A stretch of DNA of 64,000 bases from Pseudomonadota bacterium (GCA_043823065.1 JBDRBB010000008.1:256554-320553), one strand, 5' to 3'; counted from the stretch's first letter, positions 36,936-47,004 are shown. Program-made: numbers and translations. The notes: generated by a model not told the origin, from the sequence alone.

Positions 36936-39464
36936 ATGCCTTTTTTTAGAAGAGGTAAGCAACTGCAAGAAGATATGCTTCAGGCCCAAGAGAAGATTGT
37001 GGCTGAAAAATGTTTATTGCAACTTATCGAATCTATCGCAGATAACTTGTTAGTTTTAGATCGTAACGGAAAAATTGTGCGGGCGAATTTGGCAACTTTA
37101 GAACTTTTGGGTTATGAAAATCAGGAATTAAAGGAAAAATCATTAAATAAAATTTTAGAGCTTAAGGGCTCAAATTTGTCTAATAAAGAGCTTAATCTGG
37201 CTGACATTTTTCAACAAAAAGTTGTTAAAGAACAAGAGGGATATTTTAAGACTAAGAGCGGGCAAAAAGTGCCAGTGAATTTTAGTAGCAGTGTTTTATT
37301 TAACGCAGACACTGAAGCAGTTTTGATTTTGGCTCGTGACATGCGTAAAATCCAGAATTTGTTATCCAACTTGGAAAATTCCAAAAAAGATGTTGAAAAA
37401 ACTTGTCTGGCTTCCATCAATATGATGGAAGATTTGACTGAATCAAAAAAGCAACTAGAGCAATCCAAACAGGAGCTGGAAAATTTTTCCAAAAATTTGG
37501 AAAGAAAAGTGCAAGAGCGTACTTTTGAATTAACCCTTCTTTATGATGTTTCTACGACAATTTCTTATATTTTAGATTACCAACAGTTGCTCAAGTTAGT
37601 TATGGAGTCTTTATTAAAGGTGGTTAAATACGATGTTTGCACCTCTTTATTGTTTACTAATGATAATGCCACCATCACTTTCAAACCAGCGCATGCCCAA
37701 TGCGAAAAATTCATACCTGAATTGAAAAATAAAATAATTGCCTATGCTTCAACCTTTGCTGGTGAAGATATGGGGCGCAAAAAGATTGAAACTTTTTTGT
37801 TGCCTGCTTTGCAGCCAGAAGCTGATGCAGATTTTGCAAATCAAAGTATAAACTCGGTTTTTAACGCGCCTTTTATCGTGGGCGGCAAAACTTTGGGTGT
37901 GCTGAGCGTGGCTAGTACAAAAGAAAAGGCTTTTGGTGAAGAGCAAATCAGGTTTATTTATACCATTGCCAATCATACCTCCAATGCCCTGGAGCGCTTG
38001 CAAGCCTTGATCAAGGCTGAAAAATCCAAGATGGAATCTATGGTTGAAAGCATGATGGAAGGCGTGGTGATGATTGATGAACAAGGAGAGGTTGCTATTA
38101 TCAATCCTAGGGCCAGATATATGCTTGGCTTGGAAGAAATAGAGCAGGTGGGGCAGCCTTTGTTATTTGAAAGAATGGGGTTGGATTTAAGCCAAGATAT
38201 TAAAAGAAGTATTTCTCAAGGTATCTTGATTTCCAAGGAAATTTTTCTTCCGCCAGAGCATAAAGAAATTCTAAAATGTGATATAGCTCCGGTAAAGGGT
38301 CAGGGAAATAAATCTATAGGAGTAGGTATTATCTTAAGGGATATTACCAAGGAAAAAGAAGTAGATCGCATGAAGAACGACTTTATTTCCACAGTGTCCC
38401 ATGAACTTAGAACGCCTTTGGCTATTATCAAAGAGGGTGTGGGGCTAATCGTGGAAAGGATTGCCGGTGATATTAATGAGAAACAAGAAAAAATTTTGCA
38501 TGCAGCTGCAGAAAACTTGGATCGGTTAGCCAAGATTATTGAAAATCTGTTGGATGTTTCCAAAATTGAAGCAGGCAAGGTTGGCCTGGATCGTAGTCAG
38601 GTTAATTTGAGTGTTTTAGTGCGTAAGGTCCTGCTAAATTTTGAACGGCGGATTAAAGATAAAAATTTAGAATTAAAAACTTCTGGCCTAGATAAAGATA
38701 TAAATATTTATGCTGATGGCGATCGCATTGTTCAGGTTTTTACTAACTTAATTGGCAATGCCTTAAAATTTGTGGAAAAGGGTTTTGTTGAAATTGATCT
38801 TAAAGAAACAGCTGATTATGTGGAATGCGTTGTGGCTGATTCTGGCATTGGCATTGCTGAAGAAGACCTGCCCAGAGTGTTTAGTAAGTTTGAACAATTT
38901 AATCGTTTGCACGGAGCTGGTGAAAAGGGGGCTGGCCTGGGGTTGAGTATTGCCAAGGCTATTGTGGAAATGCATCGCGGAAAAATTCGCGTGGAAAGCA
39001 AGCTGGGAGTTGGCACAAAATTTATTTTCACCATTCCCAAATACACTGTTGAAAAATTATTCAAAGAATATGTGTATGATGGCGTAAAAGACGCCATGAA
39101 AAAAGATAAAAAGCTAACTATTGCTTGCTTAGGTATTGATAAGTTTGAAGAAATTCAAGATAAAGAAGGAGTTAAAAAAGCTGCGTTTACCTTAAAGAAG
39201 ATGGCCCAGTTGATGGAAAGCAGCGTTCGGGATACTGATCTGGTTCTGGTAGATGAACAAGGCAAGATTTATATAATTTTATCTGGTTGTCGCAGGGAAG
39301 ATTGCCAAATTGTTAAAGATAAATTGAATGCCATAGTTGATAAATATTTTAATTATACCAAGAAAAAACAACCTGTAGTGCTAAGAATTGGTATGGCAAC
39401 TTATCCAGATGATGCAGCAAGCGCTGATAAGTTGTTAGCTAAAATGAAAGAGCATCAAGATTAG
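36936..39464 (+). CDS. Cytoplasmic PAS-GAF-PAS histidine kinase with C-terminal degenerate GGDEF-like domain
   Basis: VSHELRTPL, NLIGNA, DSGIG, GAGLGL; tail 'IDKFEEI...VRDTDLVLVDEQG...IGMATYPDDA'. Confidence 0.88.
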   Translation: MPFFRRGKQLQEDMLQAQEKIVAEKCLLQLIESIADNLLVLDRNGKIVRANLATLELLGYENQELKEKSLNKILELKGSNLSNKELNLADIFQQKVVKEQEGYFKTKSGQKVPVNFSSSVLFNADTEAVLILARDMRKIQNLLSNLENSKKDVEKTCLASINMMEDLTESKKQLEQSKQELENFSKNLERKVQERTFELTLLYDVSTTISYILDYQQLLKLVMESLLKVVKYDVCTSLLFTNDNATITFKPAHAQCEKFIPELKNKIIAYASTFAGEDMGRKKIETFLLPALQPEADADFANQSINSVFNAPFIVGGKTLGVLSVASTKEKAFGEEQIRFIYTIANHTSNALERLQALIKAEKSKMESMVESMMEGVVMIDEQGEVAIINPRARYMLGLEEIEQVGQPLLFERMGLDLSQDIKRSISQGILISKEIFLPPEHKEILKCDIAPVKGQGNKSIGVGIILRDITKEKEVDRMKNDFISTVSHELRTPLAIIKEGVGLIVERIAGDINEKQEKILHAAAENLDRLAKIIENLLDVSKIEAGKVGLDRSQVNLSVLVRKVLLNFERRIKDKNLELKTSGLDKDINIYADGDRIVQVFTNLIGNALKFVEKGFVEIDLKETADYVECVVADSGIGIAEEDLPRVFSKFEQFNRLHGAGEKGAGLGLSIAKAIVEMHRGKIRVESKLGVGTKFIFTIPKYTVEKLFKEYVYDGVKDAMKKDKKLTIACLGIDKFEEIQDKEGVKKAAFTLKKMAQLMESSVRDTDLVLVDEQGKIYIILSGCRREDCQIVKDKLNAIVDKYFNYTKKKQPVVLRIGMATYPDDAASADKLLAKMKEHQD

Positions 39465-39476
39465 GAAGGGATAAGA

Positions 39477-41171
39477 ATGCGTATTGATCACAGCGCCATC
39501 GATCAGACTCTAGAAGAAGTTTTGCTGGAACAAGGTTTGTTAACTCAAGATCAATTAGCTGTTGCCAAAGAATCTCAAAAAAATTTAGGCGGTTCTTTGG
39601 AACAAGTGGTTATTGATAAGGGGTTTTTGACAGAAGGCGAAATTCTTAAGGCTTTGGCCAAAAAGATGAACACCTCTTTTGTTTCCCTGGCACAATACAA
39701 ACCAGATGCTGAGGTAGTTCAATTATTACCAGTATCTTTGGCCAGAAAATATAAAGTTATACCTTTGTTTAAGATTGAAGATAAGGTGACTGTAGCCACT
39801 TCTAATCCTTTAAATGTGGTTGGTTTAGATGAAGTGCGCCGAGCGTTGAAATATAATATGAATGCTATTTTGGCCTTGGAAAGCGATGTTGAGCGCGCTC
39901 TTAACGAATATTATCGCGGTAAGGGTTTGTTGGATGAAGAAGCTAGTCATGAAGTTGAAGTGGTTACTGATGAAGAACATCCTTATGAAGATGCCGATGT
40001 TGAAGATCTGGAAAAGGCGGCTTCTGGCGAGGAAGTAGTGGCTTTGGTCAATAACATCATTTCCCAAGCTTATCATGACCGGGCCAGCGATATTCATATT
40101 GAACCAGGTCGCAATGAAGTCAAAGTTAGATTTAGAATTGACGGCGTGTTAGATGAATTAAGCGCCTTTAATAAGCAAGCGCACCTGTCGGTTATTTCCA
40201 GGATAAAAATTTTGGGAGGCATGAATGTTGCTGAAAGGAGAGTTCCTCAGGATGGCAGAGTGCGCCTGAGGATCTCTGGCGAAGAACTGGATCTGCGCAT
40301 CGCCACTTACCCAACCATGTTTGGCGAAGCAGCAGCTATTCGTTTGTTAAACACCAAGCAGGTTATGACTTTGCAGGAATTGGGTTTTGCTCCTAAAGAT
40401 TATGAAATTTTTAAGGAGTTAATTAATCGGCCTAATGGTATTTTGCTGGTAACTGGTCCAACAGGTTCTGGAAAAACGACGACCTTATATGCTTCCCTTT
40501 TGGAGATATCATCTAAAGCACAGCATATTCTTTCTGTAGAAGATCCAATCGAACATGAAATTCCAGGCGTGGATCAGCAACAGGTAAATGTTAAGGCAGG
40601 CATGACCTTTGCGGCTTCTTTACGGGCCATGCTCAGACAAGATCCAGATGTGATTATGGTTGGTGAAATTCGCGATTTTGAAACAGCAGATATTGCCATG
40701 CGCGCTGCTATGACCGGCCATTTTGTTTTTTCCACCTTGCACACTAATACAGCAGTAGGTGCCATTACCAGATTAAAAAACCTGCAGATTGAATCTTTTT
40801 TGATTTCTTCTACAGTGGCAGGAATTATGGCGCAGCGCTTGGTGCGCAAGATTTGTGATAGATGCAAAAAAGAAGCAGAGATTTCTCAGGATAAAATTAA
40901 AGAGTTTGGCCAGGAAGTGCAGATTAGCAAAGCTTATCACGGGGAAGGCTGTAAATATTGCCGTAACACCGGTTATTATGGTCGAGTAGGTATTTTTGAA
41001 ATAGCGCCTGTTGAAAAAGAAATTAAAGAAATGATTGAAAAAAACGCTTCTGAAAAAGAAATTTTAGAAAAATTACTCAGTATGGGGTATCATACTTTAC
41101 TTCAAGATGGAGTGGATAAAATTAATCAGGGCATAACCACTATAGACGAGGTTTTGCGCGTTACCAGGTAA
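39477..41171 (+). CDS. pilB: Type IV pilus/T2SS extension ATPase (PilB/MshE/GspE)
   Basis: ASDIHIEP, GPTGSGKTTT, EDPIE, LRQDPD, STLHTN, CxxC...CxxC. Confidence 0.93.
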   Translation: MRIDHSAIDQTLEEVLLEQGLLTQDQLAVAKESQKNLGGSLEQVVIDKGFLTEGEILKALAKKMNTSFVSLAQYKPDAEVVQLLPVSLARKYKVIPLFKIEDKVTVATSNPLNVVGLDEVRRALKYNMNAILALESDVERALNEYYRGKGLLDEEASHEVEVVTDEEHPYEDADVEDLEKAASGEEVVALVNNIISQAYHDRASDIHIEPGRNEVKVRFRIDGVLDELSAFNKQAHLSVISRIKILGGMNVAERRVPQDGRVRLRISGEELDLRIATYPTMFGEAAAIRLLNTKQVMTLQELGFAPKDYEIFKELINRPNGILLVTGPTGSGKTTTLYASLLEISSKAQHILSVEDPIEHEIPGVDQQQVNVKAGMTFAASLRAMLRQDPDVIMVGEIRDFETADIAMRAAMTGHFVFSTLHTNTAVGAITRLKNLQIESFLISSTVAGIMAQRLVRKICDRCKKEAEISQDKIKEFGQEVQISKAYHGEGCKYCRNTGYYGRVGIFEIAPVEKEIKEMIEKNASEKEILEKLLSMGYHTLLQDGVDKINQGITTIDEVLRVTR

Positions 41172-41177
41172 CTATTT

Positions 41178-42395
41178 ATGCTATTTATTTATAGGGCTCG
41201 TGATCCAGAGGGCGCTTTGATTACAGGAGAAATGGAAGGCGAAGATGCTAAGTGGGTCAAGTTGCGACTGGCAGATCAGGGCCTATATCCTGTATATGTT
41301 GCTCCCAAGGGTTTTCAATTAACCTTGCCTTCATTTTTGCAACGTACCAAAAAGGCCAAGACAGCGGATTTGATAAATTTTACGCGCCAGTTTGGCGCGC
41401 TTTTCAAAGCAGGCATTCCCATTAATAGAACCCTAATAGCTTTATATAAGCAGGTAAAAGATCCATATTTTAAAAAAGTGGTTCATGATATTCAAAAAGA
41501 TGTGATGGGCGGAGCCTCTTTAAAAGAAGCGTTTGGCAAGCATCCTAATTATTTTGATGAACTGTATGTGAATATGCTCAATGTAGGCGAGCAGGGTGGT
41601 GTATTGGACAAATCTTTGAATGAATTATTTGGCATACTTAAAAGAGAACACCGAGTTAAAGCTGCGGTTAAGTCAGCAACCTTGTATCCCAGAATTGTTC
41701 TAATCACTTTTACGGCGGTTTTTGTTTTGATGATGGTTTATGTAATTCCTGGTTTTGCTAGTTTTTACGCTGGCTTTGGGGCAGAACTTCCGTTGCCTAC
41801 ACGGATCTTAATGGGTATTAGCGATGTTTTGGTGCACTATGGCTATATAGTTTTATTAGTCGGATTTTTTCTTTTTTTCGTATTTAAAAAATACGCTGCT
41901 ACGCAAATAGGAGGTTATCATCTTGATCAGGTGAAACTAAATATACCGGTTTTTGGCAAGTTGCAACGTTTGGTATTAAATGCCAGGTTTGGTCATTTAG
42001 TGAGCTCTTTGTATCGGAGCGGTTTGCCCATAGGCCAAACCTTATCAATTGTAGCTAATACTGTTGGCAACAAGGTGCTAAAGCTAGATATAGACGATGT
42101 AAATAGCGCAGTGGAAAAAGGTTCTTCTTTGGCTGCTGCCATGGAAAGAAAAAAATATTTTGATACCCTGTTGGTGGAATCAGCTGCAGTTGGAGAACAA
42201 TCAGGTTCTTTAGACGACATGTTGGAAACAACCTCAGATTTCTATGACGAAGAAATAGATCATATGCTAGGTCAACTAACAACTTTAATAGAACCCTTGC
42301 TACTCTTTGGACTTTTTGCTATGGTCGCGTTGTTGGCAGCAGCGATCTTTTTACCAATGTGGGGTGTTGCCAAAGTAGTATTACCTAGTGTATAA
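41178..42395 (+). CDS. pilC: Inner-membrane platform protein (PilC/MshG/GspF)
   Basis: FTRQF, GEQGG, LPLPT, GEQSGSL, LIEP. Confidence 0.93.
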   Translation: MLFIYRARDPEGALITGEMEGEDAKWVKLRLADQGLYPVYVAPKGFQLTLPSFLQRTKKAKTADLINFTRQFGALFKAGIPINRTLIALYKQVKDPYFKKVVHDIQKDVMGGASLKEAFGKHPNYFDELYVNMLNVGEQGGVLDKSLNELFGILKREHRVKAAVKSATLYPRIVLITFTAVFVLMMVYVIPGFASFYAGFGAELPLPTRILMGISDVLVHYGYIVLLVGFFLFFVFKKYAATQIGGYHLDQVKLNIPVFGKLQRLVLNARFGHLVSSLYRSGLPIGQTLSIVANTVGNKVLKLDIDDVNSAVEKGSSLAAAMERKKYFDTLLVESAAVGEQSGSLDDMLETTSDFYDEEIDHMLGQLTTLIEPLLLFGLFAMVALLAAAIFLPMWGVAKVVLPSV

Positions 42396-42423
42396 AAAAA
42401 TAAATGTTAACAGGGGGTATAAG

Positions 42424-42792
42424 ATGGAAAGTAAAGGAAGACGGCGTTTAGAAATAGTAATCGTGGTTTTGGTAATTATTGCTGCGATTGTAGTTTTAGG
42501 CATTAAGAATCATTTAGCAGCAAAAAGCGCCAAGGAAGAAGCCTTGATTTCTCAATTAAGGGCAGTCCGCACAGCAACAGCTCTTTACTTGGAAATCAAT
42601 CGAGTCTTGCCGCCCACTCTTAAGGATTTAGCTGATAAAGACTATACTTTAGGAAATAGAACAAATAGTTATCTCTCTGGTATAAAGGTTGATGCAGAAG
42701 GATATCCTGTAGATGCTTTTGGCAAGCGTTTCAATTATAATCCCAAAAATGGCAAAATATGGCCGGAACAAGAAGAATATAGCGATTGGTAG
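42424..42792 (+). CDS. GspG-like pilin paralog 1 without a canonical prepilin cleavage site
   Basis: KGRRRLEIVIVVLVII; 'KEEALISQLRAVRTATALY...PPTLKDL...PVDAFG'. Confidence 0.75.
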   Translation: MESKGRRRLEIVIVVLVIIAAIVVLGIKNHLAAKSAKEEALISQLRAVRTATALYLEINRVLPPTLKDLADKDYTLGNRTNSYLSGIKVDAEGYPVDAFGKRFNYNPKNGKIWPEQEEYSDW

Positions 42793-42800
42793 GGGGAATA

Positions 42801-43169
42801 ATGGCTCTGACATCTAGGCGAAAACTAGAAATTTTTATTATTGTTTTGGTTATTGTTGTATCCGTGGTATTGCTCTATATGAAAAATCTATTAGCCATTA
42901 GAACAGCTAAAGATGAAGCTTTGATTGGTGAATTAAGAGCAATCAGAACTGCGGTTCATTTATATTTGTCGGTTAATAAGGAATTTCCTGCTAATCTAGA
43001 TATGCTAACCCAAAATACTTATAAAATAAATGATAAAGACGTGCCCTATTTAATTGGTGTAGAAACAGACGAAAGTGGTTATCCGCTTGATTCCTATGGA
43101 TATCGTTTTCTGTACGAACCTAAAACCGGAAAAGTAATGTTAAAACCGCGTAAATATGAAGGTTGGTAA
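42801..43169 (+). CDS. GspG-like pilin paralog 2 without a canonical prepilin cleavage site
   Basis: SRRKLEIFIIVLVI; clear paralog of the preceding ORF. Confidence 0.75.
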   Translation: MALTSRRKLEIFIIVLVIVVSVVLLYMKNLLAIRTAKDEALIGELRAIRTAVHLYLSVNKEFPANLDMLTQNTYKINDKDVPYLIGVETDESGYPLDSYGYRFLYEPKTGKVMLKPRKYEGW

Positions 43170-43208
43170 AAATAAAAATTTAACTTTATAAACAATAGGA
43201 GGAAAGAG

Positions 43209-43634
43209 ATGAATAATTTAAGAAGGAACAAAAAAGGTTTTACATTAATTGAGCTGGTTTTAGTGATTGCTTTGTTGGGTGTTTTGGCGGTTTCTGCCTT
43301 GCCAAACATCTTTGACATTTCTTTGACTAATGCTCGCAACAATTCTCGCGATGCAGTTGTTGGCGCAATTCAATCAGCTCTTTCGCTTTATGCAGCTAGC
43401 CAAATTTCCCAAGGCAACCCTGAATCATATCCAGCAGATTTAGATGGTGAAGCTGATGGCACTGCAGCAGCCAGAACTGCTCCGCTTTTTGACACCATTT
43501 TGCAAGGCGGGGTAACCAGAGGTTGGACCAAAGTGGATGATACTTGCTATACCTGGACCGATGGTGGCGCTGCAGATGACTATGACTATGACGGTGCAGG
43601 CGGAACTTTTATCTATAATGCAGGTGGCTGTTAA
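43209..43634 (+). CDS. Probable major type IV pilin (MshA-like)
   Basis: KKG|FTLIELVLVIALLGVLAVSALP; C-terminal Cys pair; strong SD; followed by a terminator. Confidence 0.85.
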   Translation: MNNLRRNKKGFTLIELVLVIALLGVLAVSALPNIFDISLTNARNNSRDAVVGAIQSALSLYAASQISQGNPESYPADLDGEADGTAAARTAPLFDTILQGGVTRGWTKVDDTCYTWTDGGAADDYDYDGAGGTFIYNAGGC

Positions 43635-43663
43635 TTTAGCTTGCTTAATTTGAATTAGAATCA

Positions 43664-43698
43664 GCCCCAGCTCTTTTTTTAGTAGCTGGGGTTTTTTT
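43664..43698 (+). terminator. Intrinsic terminator after the major pilin
   Basis: gccccagct/agctggggt stem plus T7. Confidence 0.8.
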
Positions 43699-43713
43699 CT
43701 GTGAGACAAACTT

Positions 43714-44244
43714 ATGCAAAAGGGTTTCACCTTACTGGAGTTTGTGCTGATAATTGCTATTGCCGGCATATTATCTGTTGCTGTTATTTCTGTAATTGTG
43801 GATTATAAAGGCGCCAATATTGAAGTGGCTGCGCAAAAAGCACGTTCAGATATTGAGCTGGCGCGCAGCTTGGCCATGACCAAAAGGGGAACCACTTTTG
43901 GCGTTTCTTTTGACGACAGCAGCGATGAATATGTGGTCTATGAAACCAATGTTGCCTCGCCAATTCCTGATCCACAAACCAAACAAAATTTTTTGGAAGA
44001 TTTTTCCAGATGGTCTGGAGTGACCATAACCAATGGCGATTATGTTGTTGAATTTAACGAATTTGGCGAACCAACTACTGGTGGCGGCGGTGAAGTGCGT
44101 ATTACCAATGGCACCAAAACCTATCGAATTACGGTTTTGGCTAATACCGGCAAGGTTGAAGTGGATCAGCTAGGCGGAGGTGGAGGCGGAGGCGGAGGCT
44201 GGGGCTGTAGTTTATTATATGTTAAAAATTTTGCGCAACAATAA
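43714..44244 (+). CDS. Minor pilin (FimT/GspH/MshC-like) with poly-Gly-Cys tail
   Basis: KG|FTLLE; 'ARSLAM...FNEFGEP...TGKV'; tail GGGGGGGGWGCSL. Confidence 0.85.
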   Translation: MQKGFTLLEFVLIIAIAGILSVAVISVIVDYKGANIEVAAQKARSDIELARSLAMTKRGTTFGVSFDDSSDEYVVYETNVASPIPDPQTKQNFLEDFSRWSGVTITNGDYVVEFNEFGEPTTGGGGEVRITNGTKTYRITVLANTGKVEVDQLGGGGGGGGGWGCSLLYVKNFAQQ

Positions 44245-44662
44245 GGGAGTTACTCTCATTGAAGCAGTTTTTACAGTAGCTATTATTGGCGCTGGCTTAC
44301 TGGGTGTGCTTTATGCTTATCTGGGTGGCGCAAAAAGCTCGCTTTTAGCTAATCAAACTGTGGTGGCTGCTAATTTGGCCAAAGAAAAGCTAGAAGAGAT
44401 TGTAGCTGACCGGGCCAGCCAGGGTTATGCAGCTACCATTCTTACCAATTATTCAGATGGTCAGCTTGCTGGCGATTATAGCGCCTATACCAGAAATGTT
44501 ACAATTTTAGAAGTTAATCCCGATGACGACAACACCACAGATGATTTTTTAGATCCTTCACCAGGTTCTGGTTATGCCAGATTAACTGTAGTTGTAACTT
44601 GGTCTGGAGGAACAGAACAGGTTAAACTGGAGAGCTTAATTGCAGATTATACCATGCCATAA
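44219..44662 (+). CDS. Minor pilin (PilV/MshD-like)
   Basis: KG|VTLIE; 'AANLAKEKLEEI', 'LTVVVTW'. Confidence 0.85.
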   Translation: MLKILRNNKGVTLIEAVFTVAIIGAGLLGVLYAYLGGAKSSLLANQTVVAANLAKEKLEEIVADRASQGYAATILTNYSDGQLAGDYSAYTRNVTILEVNPDDDNTTDDFLDPSPGSGYARLTVVVTWSGGTEQVKLESLIADYTMP

Positions 44663-45152
44663 AAAGGGGTTTACCCTGGTAGAGCTGGTGCTTACTATTG
44701 CCTTAATTGCTATTGTAGCTGGCGTGATAGCGCCAGTTCTGGTAGGCGGCTTAAGAAGTTATGTCATGATTTCTTCGCAAAAAGCGGCATTGGCTCAAGT
44801 GCGTCTGGCTATGGAGCGGATGAGCGCGGAAATCCGTTTGATTCCAGATACAGACAGCATTGATACCTGGACCTCAACTCAGTTTCAATTTGATATACCC
44901 AGTGAAAGTAATGTTAGATATCGTCTGCAAAGTGGTGATTTGCAAAGAGGCAGCACTGATTTGGCAAGTAATGTTTCAAGTCTAAATTTTACTTATTTGA
45001 ATAGTGGTGGCAATCCAGCAGCTGCCAAAGAAGATATATATAGAATTGGCGTGGAAATGACTTTAGATGCTGCTGGCGGCCAGGGCAGTATCACCATTAG
45101 AACAGAAGTCTTTCCCAGAAGGTTTTCTAGCGCTTATGCTGACTTTGATTAA
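44640..45152 (+). CDS. Minor pilin (PilW/MshO-like)
   Basis: KG|FTLVE; 'AMERMSAEIR', 'LASNVSSLNFTY'. Confidence 0.85.
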   Translation: MQIIPCHKKGFTLVELVLTIALIAIVAGVIAPVLVGGLRSYVMISSQKAALAQVRLAMERMSAEIRLIPDTDSIDTWTSTQFQFDIPSESNVRYRLQSGDLQRGSTDLASNVSSLNFTYLNSGGNPAAAKEDIYRIGVEMTLDAAGGQGSITIRTEVFPRRFSSAYADFD

Positions 45153-47004
45153 AGACAATAAAGGCGTAACTATTGTTGCTGCCTTGATCGCGGTATTTCT
45201 GCTGGCCACTTTAGGTGCGGGCGTGAGCTATTTTATTGCTTCTAATCAAGCCACGCGTATTCAACAAATAACAGGAGATCAGTCTTTTTATACAGTGCAG
45301 GCTGGTATGGAATTTGCTTTGGGCCAGATTTTAGAAGATGATAATAATGACACTTCAATTACTCGTCATTTTTCAGGGGAAACTCTCAGCATAAACAGAT
45401 CAGGTGGCAATATCATTATTTCTGCTTCAGAAGGTAATGCTCAGTCCGAACATTCAATTACAGATCCAGATCCGCCCACAGCAGATTGCTTGCAGGTGGA
45501 TACAAGTAGCGCTGCATTTTCTGGAAATAATCGATTAGTTGGAATTACTTTAAGTCGAGATGCTATTTGTGATCAGGCTATTACCATCACCAGTATGTCT
45601 GGCACAACTTGGGAGCCAGATAGTGGTGAAGGTATGAATAGGATTAGGATTGGTGGTAATCCTAATGAGTATGATGGAGCTGCTGTTGGTTCAGGTGGTG
45701 TTTGGGATTTTGGTTCAAACGATTATGTCATCAACAACTCAAGTGTACATAATCTAACAGAGCTAAGATGGGATACAGATATTACCAATCATAATTTTCA
45801 GCTTCATTTTAATTATAGCTATGATGGCTCAGATTATTCCAAGGTGGTGCCAGTTGATTTTCTGGCAGATGATCAGGCTAGTTGTTTTAGCTGGAATACA
45901 GGCAGTTCCAGATTAACCTGGACATGGTCTCAGTGGTTAAGGTTAACCGGAACCACTATGAGCAATGGCTGCGAAGATCCAATTGTGGTGGATCGTCTTA
46001 TTCCAAGCTGGACTCCTGTGCTTCCAGGCAGAACCTTGGATGAGATTCGTATTGATGGAGTTTCCAGTTGGATGAGTTTAAACAGCGGAGAGGAGTTGAA
46101 TGTCAACTATGTTGTGCCAGCCAGCGCCACCAGCGTGATCAACTGGTTTACTTTTAGCTCTGAAATGTTAGGCAGAAACTATTCTCTTACCTGGATATTC
46201 TCTGATGGAACCATGGCAGTTACACCTCTGAATTTGTTTGGCGCCAATCAGCAGGATTGTTTAAATATTGATACTTCTGGCGCTTATCTGGATAACACAT
46301 ATATCAGGGGCATCACCTTTCAGAATACCTGCGCTGCTGATATTGGTATGACTGGTATCACCATGTCCTGGGTTGGCGAGTCTGGTCGCAGATTCACCGA
46401 AAGCAGGGTGCAGGACACAGACGGCTATAACACCTATTACAGCAATGCCAGCAGTGGAGCTCTGGTTGATTTGGGTGATGAGGATTTGTATATCAGAAAT
46501 GAAGATGGTTTGCGGAATATAGATTACCTTAGATTTAACAATACAGTAACTGCTGGTTTGGAATTCACGCTTACTTTTACCATGTCTGATGGCAATACCA
46601 AGGCAGTAACTTTTACGCCAGGTACCCAGGCGCAAAATTTAGTGGTAAACCTTGCTGGCGCCAATATTGGCGGAGCCAGCGATAGGGATTTGTTGGGCAT
46701 TACTATTTCCAATTCAGGCTCAGGAGTGATTTCCTGGGATAGGGCAATTGTAAGCTGGTCGCCCTTGACCCCGAGCCGCAACATGACCCAGATCAGAGTG
46801 GGCAATACCAATGTTTGGAGTGGTTCAACAGGTTCGGGCAACAATGTAAACATAACAAATATTAATCTCAATCCAGGCCAAACTTTGCCTATTACCAGAA
46901 TCAGATATAACTCAGATATGAGTGGCCGCACCTTTACCATTGAGTTTATTATGGCTGATGGATCTTCCTACATTATTGATCCAATTACCCCGCCAGACGG
47001 TTAG
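45136..47004 (+). CDS. Large PilX/MshP-like pilin with four ~125-aa beta-rich repeats (candidate tip adhesin)
   Basis: KG|VTIVAAL lacking Glu+5 (PilX/GspK trait), 'AGMEFA'; repeats ending in (S/A/Y)DG. Confidence 0.8.
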   Translation: MLTLIKDNKGVTIVAALIAVFLLATLGAGVSYFIASNQATRIQQITGDQSFYTVQAGMEFALGQILEDDNNDTSITRHFSGETLSINRSGGNIIISASEGNAQSEHSITDPDPPTADCLQVDTSSAAFSGNNRLVGITLSRDAICDQAITITSMSGTTWEPDSGEGMNRIRIGGNPNEYDGAAVGSGGVWDFGSNDYVINNSSVHNLTELRWDTDITNHNFQLHFNYSYDGSDYSKVVPVDFLADDQASCFSWNTGSSRLTWTWSQWLRLTGTTMSNGCEDPIVVDRLIPSWTPVLPGRTLDEIRIDGVSSWMSLNSGEELNVNYVVPASATSVINWFTFSSEMLGRNYSLTWIFSDGTMAVTPLNLFGANQQDCLNIDTSGAYLDNTYIRGITFQNTCAADIGMTGITMSWVGESGRRFTESRVQDTDGYNTYYSNASSGALVDLGDEDLYIRNEDGLRNIDYLRFNNTVTAGLEFTLTFTMSDGNTKAVTFTPGTQAQNLVVNLAGANIGGASDRDLLGITISNSGSGVISWDRAIVSWSPLTPSRNMTQIRVGNTNVWSGSTGSGNNVNITNINLNPGQTLPITRIRYNSDMSGRTFTIEFIMADGSSYIIDPITPPDG

